Origin: Halobacteriovoraceae bacterium
Lineage (GTDB): Bacteria > Bdellovibrionota > Bacteriovoracia > Bacteriovoracales > Bacteriovoracaceae
DNA length: 64,000 bases
Direction: 5' to 3'
Assembly (NCBI GenBank): GCA_963719505.1
Contig: CAVRCF010000001.1
Location: forward strand, 448,001-512,000
Of this stretch, positions 55,200 to 64,000 are shown in pieces; position 1 is the first letter of the stretch, and every line of letters begins with the position of its first letter. The notes under the pieces were generated by a model. It ran no database searches. It saw only the letters and a list, made by a program, of their open reading frames with translations, and was not told the origin of the DNA. The translations under genes were made by a program, and so were the position numbers.

Positions 55200-56546
55200 A
55201 TGAAAAAATTTCAAAAAATCTTAATCGCAAATCGTGGAGAAATCGCTGTACGAATTTTAAGATCCTGCAGAGAGCTTGGAATAGATACTGTGAGTATACA
55301 CTCAACTGCCGATGAGGATTCTATTCACGTTAAGCTTGCCGATGAATCAGTTTGTGTTGGTCCTGCAAAGTCTACTTTGAGTTACCTAAGCCTTCCTCAA
55401 ATATTGTCAGCTGCTGAAATTACAGACGCTGATGCTATTCACCCAGGGTATGGATTCCTTTCTGAAAATAAAGATTTTGCAAAAATGTGCGAGGAATGGA
55501 ACATAGAGTTTATTGGCCCAAATATAGAGTGCTTAACCTCTATGGGGGATAAAATTGAGTCGAAAAAAATCGCTAAAAAAGCAAAAGTACCGACTTTAGA
55601 TCCCATTCATGTAAGCGATATGGATGATGAAGAAATATTAAAAACTGTTAAAGAAATGGGATATCCAGTATTGATTAAAGCTTCAGCCGGAGGTGGCGGA
55701 AGAGGTATGAAGAGGATTGATGAAGAAGCTAAGCTTCTGGATACAATCGAAGTTCTGAAGACAGAGTCAAAAAATGCTTTTGGTGACGACACTCTTTTTA
55801 TTGAGAAATATATTGTAAATCCCAGACATATTGAAGTTCAAATCCTTGCTGACAAACATGGAAATGTTATTCACTTAGGGGAAAGAGACTGCACAATCCA
55901 AAGACGTTTTCAAAAAGTTATTGAAGAATCACCCTCTCCAGTCATAACGGAAAAAATTAGAAATGAAATCTGTGAATCAGCTGTAAGACTGTCAAAGTTT
56001 GTCAATTATGACTCAGCAGGAACTGTTGAATTTTTATATGATCTTGATTCACAAAAATTCTATTTTATGGAAATGAATACTAGAATTCAGGTCGAGCATC
56101 CAGTAACTGAGCAAAGGTGCGGTGTAGACCTAATAGCTGAGCAAATTCGTATAGCTCAAGGAGAAAAACTTCGCTACAAGCAAGAAGATATAAAATTCTC
56201 CGGTCATGTAATGGAATTTAGAATAAATGCAGAAAATCCTGATACTTGCATGCCTTCTCCTGGGTTAATTACTCATTATCATAGGCCAGGAGGAATAGGC
56301 ATTAGGGTGGATGATTATATCTATACGGGTTACAGAGTCCCTCCGCACTATGATTCAATGATCTCAAAAATTATTGTCAAAGCAGACACAAGAGATGAGT
56401 GCATTAGTCGGTCTTTAAGGGCGCTAGGCGAGACAGTTGTCGGTGGAATTTCAACAAATATAGAGCTTCACAAGCGTGTCCTAAAGCATCAAGATTTTAA
56501 GGAAAATACGTACAATACCAATTTTCTTTCTGAAAAAGTGCTATAA
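55200..56546 (+). CDS. accC: Biotin carboxylase
   Basis: ILIANRGEIA, HPGYGFLSEN, GGGGRGM, EMNTRIQVEH. Confidence 0.97.
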   Translation: MKKFQKILIANRGEIAVRILRSCRELGIDTVSIHSTADEDSIHVKLADESVCVGPAKSTLSYLSLPQILSAAEITDADAIHPGYGFLSENKDFAKMCEEWNIEFIGPNIECLTSMGDKIESKKIAKKAKVPTLDPIHVSDMDDEEILKTVKEMGYPVLIKASAGGGGRGMKRIDEEAKLLDTIEVLKTESKNAFGDDTLFIEKYIVNPRHIEVQILADKHGNVIHLGERDCTIQRRFQKVIEESPSPVITEKIRNEICESAVRLSKFVNYDSAGTVEFLYDLDSQKFYFMEMNTRIQVEHPVTEQRCGVDLIAEQIRIAQGEKLRYKQEDIKFSGHVMEFRINAENPDTCMPSPGLITHYHRPGGIGIRVDDYIYTGYRVPPHYDSMISKIIVKADTRDECISRSLRALGETVVGGISTNIELHKRVLKHQDFKENTYNTNFLSEKVL

Positions 56547-56576
56547 TTATCAATAGTTATAGTCTAGGAAGGATTA

Positions 56577-57920
56577 TTGTTGAAAGAGGCAATTGCTTGC
56601 TTTAATGCAAAAAAATATTCAGAATCTAAAAGGTTATTTGAAAACTATTTAGAACAAGAAATCAGCTCCATTGAAAAGGTTGATGCTCTTACCTATTTGC
56701 AAGAAATCTATAAACTACTCCACCAAGAATTTCCAAGAAAATTTGTCCTTTCATTGATTTTAGAACTTGATACCTCGGAATCAGAAAAAATTATGACGCT
56801 TTTTGAAAACTCTGAAGTTTCCAAAAATATATCAGCAAAACAAAAATACTTTGAAGCGACATACAAATTAGGGATGATTGAAAAATCATTGAGTATTTCA
56901 AAGGAAATATGTTTTGATCTTGTTGAGCAAAAAGCATATTCAATCGCCTTAGGTATCTTCGATAATATAGAGAACAAATTTAAAGGTCGTCTTTACTATG
57001 AGTTCGGAAGATTAATTGTCAATCTAGAGATGGCAGACTTCAAAACCTCTTTAGTCGTCGTAGATAAATTGATGGATAAGATTCTTAATCGGTGGCCATC
57101 CATTGCTGGAAAGCGAAAAACGCAAGTAGAGTATGCCCAGCATATTTTTAGTATTGTTGAAAATTTCTCTGTTGATGAACTTACTTTTAGAAAAAGCTTT
57201 CTACTTTGGAAGATGAAGTTTTCAAACCAATTTAATGAATACAAATTAACGAATAAAGAAAAAATGGAAGCAGTCGTTATCTTCTTTGATGCCCCTGAGC
57301 ACTACTACCTTCTGATCAATATTCTCACCGATGAGTTTATTGGTTATGAACTCTTAGATTATCTGAAAAAAAATGAAATAAAAGATACTCATAATTATAA
57401 AAAAAGAAGCTTCCTCAGAGCTGAAAATAAAAACATCCAACCCCAGTCAAAAACGAATGAAATAGATCTTGAAGTAAAAGGAATGATTCACAATGTAAAA
57501 AACTCTGAGATTCAAGCCATCTACAAAAAATATCAGTTAGATGCTGACAAGACATACGAGATTGATAAACGAGATTTTAAAATGGCAGATTTAAAAGAAT
57601 CTATTGTCGCTTTAGTCTTTATTGAGGACTTTAAAAATGCCAAAAATCTTCTTCGTCATTTAGATAATGGTTTAGAAAAAAATAGCTTAGAGATTGAGAT
57701 CTTAAGGAAGAGCAAAGATTATTTAGGTCTTTGTGCTTTTTGCACTGAACTTTTTCAATCCGGTTCCGGAGAAGATGATCTGTGGCTAATAGAAAATATT
57801 ATATGGGGCTTTGAGCAAAATGGAAATCTTGTACAAGCAGAGAACTTCCGCTCACTTCTAATGGGCTATAGCTTAACACCAAGTGAAATAGAAAGGGCAC
57901 TTCATAATGAAGAGTCTTAA
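56577..57920 (+). CDS. Hypothetical helical (TPR-like) protein
   Basis: 447-aa ORF with SD AAGGA, overlapping tamB start; no recognised motif. Confidence 0.55.
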   Translation: MLKEAIACFNAKKYSESKRLFENYLEQEISSIEKVDALTYLQEIYKLLHQEFPRKFVLSLILELDTSESEKIMTLFENSEVSKNISAKQKYFEATYKLGMIEKSLSISKEICFDLVEQKAYSIALGIFDNIENKFKGRLYYEFGRLIVNLEMADFKTSLVVVDKLMDKILNRWPSIAGKRKTQVEYAQHIFSIVENFSVDELTFRKSFLLWKMKFSNQFNEYKLTNKEKMEAVVIFFDAPEHYYLLINILTDEFIGYELLDYLKKNEIKDTHNYKKRSFLRAENKNIQPQSKTNEIDLEVKGMIHNVKNSEIQAIYKKYQLDADKTYEIDKRDFKMADLKESIVALVFIEDFKNAKNLLRHLDNGLEKNSLEIEILRKSKDYLGLCAFCTELFQSGSGEDDLWLIENIIWGFEQNGNLVQAENFRSLLMGYSLTPSEIERALHNEES

Positions 57921-60900
57921 CAAAGTTCTAATCATATTCTTTGCAGTTATTGGCATCACATTTTATGTTGCATGGGAAATTATTCAGTCCGAGTATGTTG
58001 CAGGCATTTTGACGAAAACAATTACGAGAGTTACCGAGCAAAAGCTTGGTGCCAAATTAAAGTTTGAAAGAATACAGTTCGACCTATTTCCACCTGGAGT
58101 CTATATCGAAAATGTAGAATTCAATAGCATAACAGAAGATTATGTCTATAGCTCTTATCTGGGGAGTGTTGGAATATCCTTTGATCTATTAGATGTTTTC
58201 AAAACAAAATTTACTTTAAGTGATATCTACTTAAACGATGGTCGTCTCAATATAAAAAAAATTAGCACGAGTAAAGAAACTGAAAATAACAAACCGCCCA
58301 AGGTCAGTGAGATCCTTGATACTATCAATAAAAAAATACCCGTAAGACTTAACAGAGTCACTCTTAATCAAATACATTTAGACGTGGTTGGTTTTAAGGT
58401 TACGACCGAAAATGCTGTCGCCATCATTTCTAAAGATAAGCTCGGAGTTAATCTAAGGCTACAATCTTTTGATCTTGAAAAGCTTGGGCTATATTCCGAG
58501 GTCGTTGATAACTTGGAAATTTATTCTGTTATTGATGATGAAAAAATAAAAATTTATGAGATGAATATTGATAAAGGACTAAACTCAATTGTTCTAGAAG
58601 GGGAAATTAAGGATTATCAAAGTGTGGAAACAGCGAAGGCTGATTTACAAGGTAAGCTTAAGTTTTATCTAGATGACCTGCATAAATACCTGGCATTTAG
58701 AGACATTGGATCTATTGAACAAGGGTTTGCTAGCGTTGACTTTGGGTTGAATGGGACTTGGAGTAAATTTGAATCAACGGTAAAGGTTGATGTGCAAGAT
58801 CTCCTCTCTGATTTTGTTAAGGGAGAGTCCGTCAATATGGCTTTGAGTGTAAATCAAGATAGAATACGGATCTCTGATTTTAGTTTAAGTGATGGAAAAG
58901 GGAGCATAAAACTTCTTAAAAGCTTCGAGCTGTTCAATATAAAAAGTAAAAAATTTGTCGAGGAAAAAATCTCTGTTACAGCTGAGAAAATGCCACTGAC
59001 AAATGCTTTAAGGTTCTTCAGATCTACCCTATCACCAATTAAAGGCTTACTAAGTGCAAACGTAGATTTTACACTCAATGAGAACGACTATCACTTTGAT
59101 ATTAAAGATTCAGCTAAAATAGAAAGCCTGCAAGTTGATATTAATAAGGAAAAACTTCTCGGTGCAAATAATATCACTCTAGGGAGCTCTGGAGTTCATG
59201 TCGACAGAAGTAAGGTCGACATGGAGTTTAACCTAAAAGGAAATAAGGTTTCTGGGAAAATTGTTGGGCAGATAAAAGATTCCATTACCACTTTTGTGAG
59301 CTCAGACCTCAGTGTTGACCTGAATTATTTAGGGCCATTTTCAGGCTTTAAAATAGCTGGGCAAACAGATGCTAAGATAGATGTCTTGCTAAGCGATTCA
59401 ATATCCCAATTGAAAATAAGCCCTAGTGTTCAAGACTTCGACTTTGAAGGTTACAGGCTTGATAGGTTAAAAGGAGCAATACTTTTTGATTTTAATAAAA
59501 GCTCTATCGCCTTTTCAGAGATTAAGGGAAGAATGGGGGACTCAGAAATCGGTGCTAACGGAGAGATCTCTCTAGATTCACTTGAGTTAAATGCAAAAAT
59601 AAATCACGACACTCTCTACTGGAAAGACCTTGTCAAAATATATGCACCTCTTTTGGGGACACTCGACTTTATGCCACCATCAACTTTTGGTAATTGGAAA
59701 ACGAACTACAATATTTCAGGGAAAGCCACTTTAGATGATCTTAAACTTAATGGAAGTTTTTCCGGAACTAATAATATTCTCTTTAATGAAGGATTTGATC
59801 AAATTGGATTTAGCTATTACTTAGAGGAACAAAAGTTAAAGTTTTTGAATGTTAAAGCCATAAAGTCCACGGGAAATATTTTTGGTGGATATACTTTTGA
59901 TTTAAAAACCCAAGAACAGTACTTTTGGGGAAATATTGTGAAAGTACCATTGAAAGAACTCAACCATTTAAAAAAACTGCCTTTGAATGTGGAGGGACTT
60001 ATTAATGGGGTTCTCAAGGGTACAATTAATAATGATGGCAAAAATGGTAAAATGGAGATGACCATTGACAATACAATAGTTCAAAATGAACCTGTTGAAG
60101 ACTCCTACCTTCTTGTAACGCTCGAGAAGGATAAAGTTGATATTAATATGACACTTTTTGGAAAGCAGATTGAAAATTATTCAAGTATTAGCCTCGAGAA
60201 AGATGGAAGAAGTTCGATCACGACTAAGGTCGATATTCCTTCAATGGAAAAGCTATTAAACGCTTTCTCATTTGTAGAGGGTCGGAATAAATTTCAAGGA
60301 CAGCTTGAAGCGGAGTCTCTTATTACCTTTCAAAATGGACAGTTTAATAAAGCCGATATGAGTGTTAATTTAAAAAAACTTCTTCTGGATAGGGAGAAAG
60401 TGCGCTTGTCTTACTCAAACGCTGATGAAGAGATAACTGTAAGAGATGGCTTAGTCAAAAAGTGGGACCTGAGTGCGATTGGTAGTAATATTTATATTGT
60501 AAGTCGGGGAAGTGGGACTTTTTATGAAAGTCTCGACATTAACACCAAAGTTAGTACAAGCGCTGAGGTTTTTGAAGTCTTTAATGGCTTTACATCAAAT
60601 GCGAATGGGACTGTTATTGGCTCAGTCAAAAATAGTGTTACCAATGGAGAGCATCAATACAAAGCGAAAATAGTCTCTAGTGACCTAAGTGTTTCATCAT
60701 CACTATTGCCCCTTACTTTTTCTAGGGGAGATATACTTATTAACTTCACCGACAACAATCTACAGTTCAAAAGATTTAAGGCTGATATAAATTCAGGTAA
60801 GCTCGATATTGGCGGTAATATTAATCTGTCGAAGGTGATTCCTGATGTTGATCTCAATTATTCTTTTCGAAGTGCAGGTATTACAATCTTAAAAAAGTCT

Positions 60901-61908
60901 GAGCTTGTCTTTTCGGGTGAGGGACTCTTGAGAGGAAAAACATTTCCATATTCATTATCTGGGGACATTGAGATTGAGAATCTTTTAATCTCAAACGAGA
61001 TCACTGACTTTGGTGGAGGCAGCCAAATTGTAGAAAAGGATATAGACTACCTTCCCAAAAATATTAAGAAATCGCAAAATCAACTTTTAAACTTTGACGT
61101 AGATATTACAACAACCGAACCAATAAAAGTCGTTAACTCCATGGCCAATTTGGGATTTATTGGTGCCGTAAGGCTTTCTGGAGGAGAAAAAGATCCCAAA
61201 CTAAGTGGGAAATTTGAATTAGCCCCTCAAAAAAATCAACTCTTTTTTAAAAATAATATCTTCAACTTAACAAAAGGAAATATCTTTTTCTACAGACAAA
61301 ACGAAATTTCAAATCCAGAGTTAGATTTTGAAGCGACAAGCACTATAAATGATTATGCAATAAATATAAGAGTCTTTGATTTTGTTAATAACTTTAAGCT
61401 TGATATGACGTCTGACCCATCCCTTGTTAAAAGTGATATTCTCTCTCTAATAGCTTTCGGCTACACAGAAGATATCTCCTCTAACCTTTCAGATGAGGAA
61501 AGAGAAAGCATGACACGAGCAGGTGTTGGTTCGATTATTTTCGATCGCTTTAAAATAAATGAAACATTGAAGAATGAATTTGGCTTAGAGGTTAACCTTG
61601 GAACCGAAATAACGGAAGCCGAACAAAGTTATCTCACCTTTAGAGAGGGAAGAAATAGTGTCGGACGAGTACGCTCGGCAACGAAACTCGAGATAAAAAA
61701 GCAGATGACTGACCAGGTAGATCTTTCTGTCTCTAGCACGGTGGGAAATAGTACAGGGCAAAAACAAACAATGAATCTCAATTATAATATAAACAAAGGA
61801 GTCTCGCTCGAGGGTGTTTACGAAAACAGAACTGACCCTGAAGTAGATGGTAATATAGATGATACATCTATTGGAGCCGATGTGAGACTGAAGTGGTCTT
61901 TTAAATGA
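57907..61908 (+). CDS. tamB: TamB/AsmA-like bridge protein
   Basis: N-terminal TM anchor, long beta-repeat body, DUF490-like end (NPELDF.A, SDP....DILSLIAFG), coupled to an Omp85 gene. Confidence 0.85.
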   Translation: MKSLNKVLIIFFAVIGITFYVAWEIIQSEYVAGILTKTITRVTEQKLGAKLKFERIQFDLFPPGVYIENVEFNSITEDYVYSSYLGSVGISFDLLDVFKTKFTLSDIYLNDGRLNIKKISTSKETENNKPPKVSEILDTINKKIPVRLNRVTLNQIHLDVVGFKVTTENAVAIISKDKLGVNLRLQSFDLEKLGLYSEVVDNLEIYSVIDDEKIKIYEMNIDKGLNSIVLEGEIKDYQSVETAKADLQGKLKFYLDDLHKYLAFRDIGSIEQGFASVDFGLNGTWSKFESTVKVDVQDLLSDFVKGESVNMALSVNQDRIRISDFSLSDGKGSIKLLKSFELFNIKSKKFVEEKISVTAEKMPLTNALRFFRSTLSPIKGLLSANVDFTLNENDYHFDIKDSAKIESLQVDINKEKLLGANNITLGSSGVHVDRSKVDMEFNLKGNKVSGKIVGQIKDSITTFVSSDLSVDLNYLGPFSGFKIAGQTDAKIDVLLSDSISQLKISPSVQDFDFEGYRLDRLKGAILFDFNKSSIAFSEIKGRMGDSEIGANGEISLDSLELNAKINHDTLYWKDLVKIYAPLLGTLDFMPPSTFGNWKTNYNISGKATLDDLKLNGSFSGTNNILFNEGFDQIGFSYYLEEQKLKFLNVKAIKSTGNIFGGYTFDLKTQEQYFWGNIVKVPLKELNHLKKLPLNVEGLINGVLKGTINNDGKNGKMEMTIDNTIVQNEPVEDSYLLVTLEKDKVDINMTLFGKQIENYSSISLEKDGRSSITTKVDIPSMEKLLNAFSFVEGRNKFQGQLEAESLITFQNGQFNKADMSVNLKKLLLDREKVRLSYSNADEEITVRDGLVKKWDLSAIGSNIYIVSRGSGTFYESLDINTKVSTSAEVFEVFNGFTSNANGTVIGSVKNSVTNGEHQYKAKIVSSDLSVSSSLLPLTFSRGDILINFTDNNLQFKRFKADINSGKLDIGGNINLSKVIPDVDLNYSFRSAGITILKKSELVFSGEGLLRGKTFPYSLSGDIEIENLLISNEITDFGGGSQIVEKDIDYLPKNIKKSQNQLLNFDVDITTTEPIKVVNSMANLGFIGAVRLSGGEKDPKLSGKFELAPQKNQLFFKNNIFNLTKGNIFFYRQNEISNPELDFEATSTINDYAINIRVFDFVNNFKLDMTSDPSLVKSDILSLIAFGYTEDISSNLSDEERESMTRAGVGSIIFDRFKINETLKNEFGLEVNLGTEITEAEQSYLTFREGRNSVGRVRSATKLEIKKQMTDQVDLSVSSTVGNSTGQKQTMNLNYNINKGVSLEGVYENRTDPEVDGNIDDTSIGADVRLKWSFK

Positions 61909-64000
61909 AGTATATCCTTATATTGTGTATATTTTCATTTGCAGCTTTGGCAAACTTTACTATCAGTGAAGTGAAAATTAGTTGTCCGAAGAAGAAACTG
62001 TGTCGTGATGCAAATGAGATCTTCTATACACTAAAAAGAGATTATGTTGATGAAGACCATTTTGAAAGACTAATAAAGGTCTATTCACTCACCAGCGGTG
62101 TAAAGAAATTTAGATATCAGGTTAACCAAGATAAGATAAACACTTTGATTATTAATTGGGAACCAAAACAAACTATCGATTCAATTGAGTACAAATTTGC
62201 TAAAGGCTATCTTACTATCCCAACGGTGCTGCCTTTGTCCGAAGGAGACTACTTTGATCTTAGCAAGGTTTCAAAGGTCAAAAAAACGCTCATTGAAATT
62301 TTTAAGTCAGAGGGATACCCAGATGCAAATGTTGAATACGAGTTTGGTACGAATAAAGATAAATCTATTAAGTTAACTTATAATATCACCCTTGGTGATC
62401 CTCTTCTGGTAAAAGTCGTGAGGGTTTCAGCCCGGCTAGACTTTGTAGCAAAAGCGGCTAGGCAGAAGTTTTCTACAATAAAGGGAAAGCCCTACGATGC
62501 TCAATTACTAAGAAAAGAGGTTGAATCATTTAAAGAGACTCTGATCGACTATGGAATGTATGGGGCAAAGATTCAATTTAAAACTGAAGTTGGGAAAGAG
62601 GGAGCCGACCTTTTTTTTACGATCACCGATACAAAAAGAATGGCTTTCTCTGTAGAGTTTAAAAATAGAGAGGACCAGTATGCACTCGATTTAAAAACAA
62701 AGTTGAAAGATGCCGCAATCGGTGCAAAGAAATCTTTATCAAAGGTTGCGATACTAGATCTCGTGGCAAAGGAATTGTCTGACAGGGGGCACTTAAACTC
62801 TGTTGTTCTTGTGGATCAATTCATTTCAGTTTTGCCTGATGGGGGAGAGCTTATTAGCTCTAGAATAACTATCACTCAAGGGCCAAAGGCTAGGCTAAAC
62901 AAGGTTCTTTTCAAGGGAAATGGAGTGATTTCTTCAAAAAAGCTTAAAAGAGCCTTTTACTCCAATGCAACATCACAGGTTTCCGATGGTGTCTTTGATG
63001 AAAATTACTACAGAAACTTTCTAACGGTTATTAAGGAACTTTATATTCAAAAAGGTTTTGTTAACGTGTTGTTGGAAACGCCCGAAATTATCTTTGATAA
63101 AAAGAGTAATCGAGTAGATCTTGTTTATCGGATAAGGGAGGGGGTTAGGGCCAGAGTTTCTGACATTAAAATTATCGGATTAAATGATGAATTAAAAGCT
63201 GATGTAAGAGATCTTCTAAAAATAAAAACTGGAGATGCTTTTGACCCAATTTCTCTAAAAGCAAAAGTTACTGCTATTAAAGGCTATCTTTACGAGCGAG
63301 GATATTTTTACTTTGAGTTTTATTCAGACAAAAGAAATACCTTGGTTAGCTACAACGAAGACAATACAAAAGTTAAACTAATGTTTAAGTTCTTTCAGGG
63401 TAAGAAATACTCTGTTGGAGATATTTTTATTTCTGGGAATTTTAAGACACGTTCTAAAGTCATTAAAAGAGAAATGAATCTTAAGACTGGAGAGCTTTTA
63501 AGGGCTTCAGATATTGCTAAAAGTCAGACTAATATTTTGTCGACTGGTTTATTTTCATCCGTTGTTATCACTCCAATAAAAAATTCTTCTGAAAATGCGG
63601 ATATCTTAGTCTCTGTTAAAGAAAAGGATTATGGTCTTGTTGAGTTTGCCCCTGGGGTAAGGACTGATCTAGGCCCTAAGGTCTCTGCAAAAGTAACCTA
63701 TTCAAATATAGATGGCTTGCATAAGCAAATTACAGTAAAAGCCCAGGTAAACCAGCGCTTCAATTTGAATAGTCTTGATGAGACAAGAAGAAAGGAGGAG
63801 GGGAACCTGGTTGAATATCTTACCGCCGTGAATTATCAAGAAAATTACTTTTTTGATTTACCTCTTAACTTCGACACCTCAATTTCTTCGTCAAGACAGA
63901 GGTTCTTCTCTTTTGATGCTGATATTCAAAAAGTTAGCTACACCTTCTCCTCGGATGTAACAAATTGGCTAAACTTGTCCCTGACTCAGGAACTAGAGGT
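61905..64000 (+). CDS. Omp85 family (BamA/TamA-like) protein with multiple POTRA domains, partial
   Basis: ATG overlaps the tamB stop (ATGA); signal peptide; POTRA motifs LFKGNGVIS, IFISGNFKTRSKVIKRE, TGLFSSV, VSVKEK; runs off the window. Confidence 0.88.
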   Translation, partial: MKYILILCIFSFAALANFTISEVKISCPKKKLCRDANEIFYTLKRDYVDEDHFERLIKVYSLTSGVKKFRYQVNQDKINTLIINWEPKQTIDSIEYKFAKGYLTIPTVLPLSEGDYFDLSKVSKVKKTLIEIFKSEGYPDANVEYEFGTNKDKSIKLTYNITLGDPLLVKVVRVSARLDFVAKAARQKFSTIKGKPYDAQLLRKEVESFKETLIDYGMYGAKIQFKTEVGKEGADLFFTITDTKRMAFSVEFKNREDQYALDLKTKLKDAAIGAKKSLSKVAILDLVAKELSDRGHLNSVVLVDQFISVLPDGGELISSRITITQGPKARLNKVLFKGNGVISSKKLKRAFYSNATSQVSDGVFDENYYRNFLTVIKELYIQKGFVNVLLETPEIIFDKKSNRVDLVYRIREGVRARVSDIKIIGLNDELKADVRDLLKIKTGDAFDPISLKAKVTAIKGYLYERGYFYFEFYSDKRNTLVSYNEDNTKVKLMFKFFQGKKYSVGDIFISGNFKTRSKVIKREMNLKTGELLRASDIAKSQTNILSTGLFSSVVITPIKNSSENADILVSVKEKDYGLVEFAPGVRTDLGPKVSAKVTYSNIDGLHKQITVKAQVNQRFNLNSLDETRRKEEGNLVEYLTAVNYQENYFFDLPLNFDTSISSSRQRFFSFDADIQKVSYTFSSDVTNWLNLSLTQELE

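Noticed and set aside
413-62376. Many 60-140 aa ORFs antisense or out of frame within long genes
   Set aside because: Lie wholly or almost wholly within well-supported genes and show no recognisable motifs
1-64000. Prophage, IS, integron, defence island, rRNA or tRNA
   Set aside because: No integrase, transposase, phage or defence motifs and no tRNA/rRNA-like sequence seen; intergenic gaps are short

Overview
AT-rich bacterial chromosomal segment of mostly core genes. Gene content and order suggest a predatory Bdellovibrionota (Bacteriovorax/Halobacteriovorax-like); this is inferred from the short MGLRI-type flagellin, the Myxococcus-like pil cluster and the tamB-Omp85 pair. Left to right: rsmE 3' end, RDD, ADP-heptose adenylyltransferase, flagellin, PilZ protein, lpxH; a long minus-strand block fliD-fliS-fliT-like-Maf(N)-two GT9-HK/RR-nadK-recN; a frameshifted membrane protein; IMPase, a sensor-less sigma54 activator, rlmE, a PBP, lepB; head-to-head mutS2/rqcH; a 1201-aa lipoprotein; an rlmI-like methyltransferase; a MoxR/VWA (Bat) operon; a ribF-aroE fusion; a complete type IVa pilus locus without pilSR (pilD and pilN frameshifted); aroQ-efp-accB-accC; tamB and a partial Omp85. 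No rRNA, tRNA, CRISPR array or mobile element was seen. Best novel candidates: (1) a sigma28-driven ~85-nt RNA upstream of fliD whose repeated CCCA motifs are complementary to the fliD and flagellin start regions; (2) a Maf-N plus paired GT9 flagellar glycosylation module with an unannotated 43-aa gene; (3) mutS2 and rqcH whose start codons share one CATG; (4) sigma28 promoters on the pilus genes where pilSR would normally sit. All calls come from motif recognition by eye; no database searches were run.
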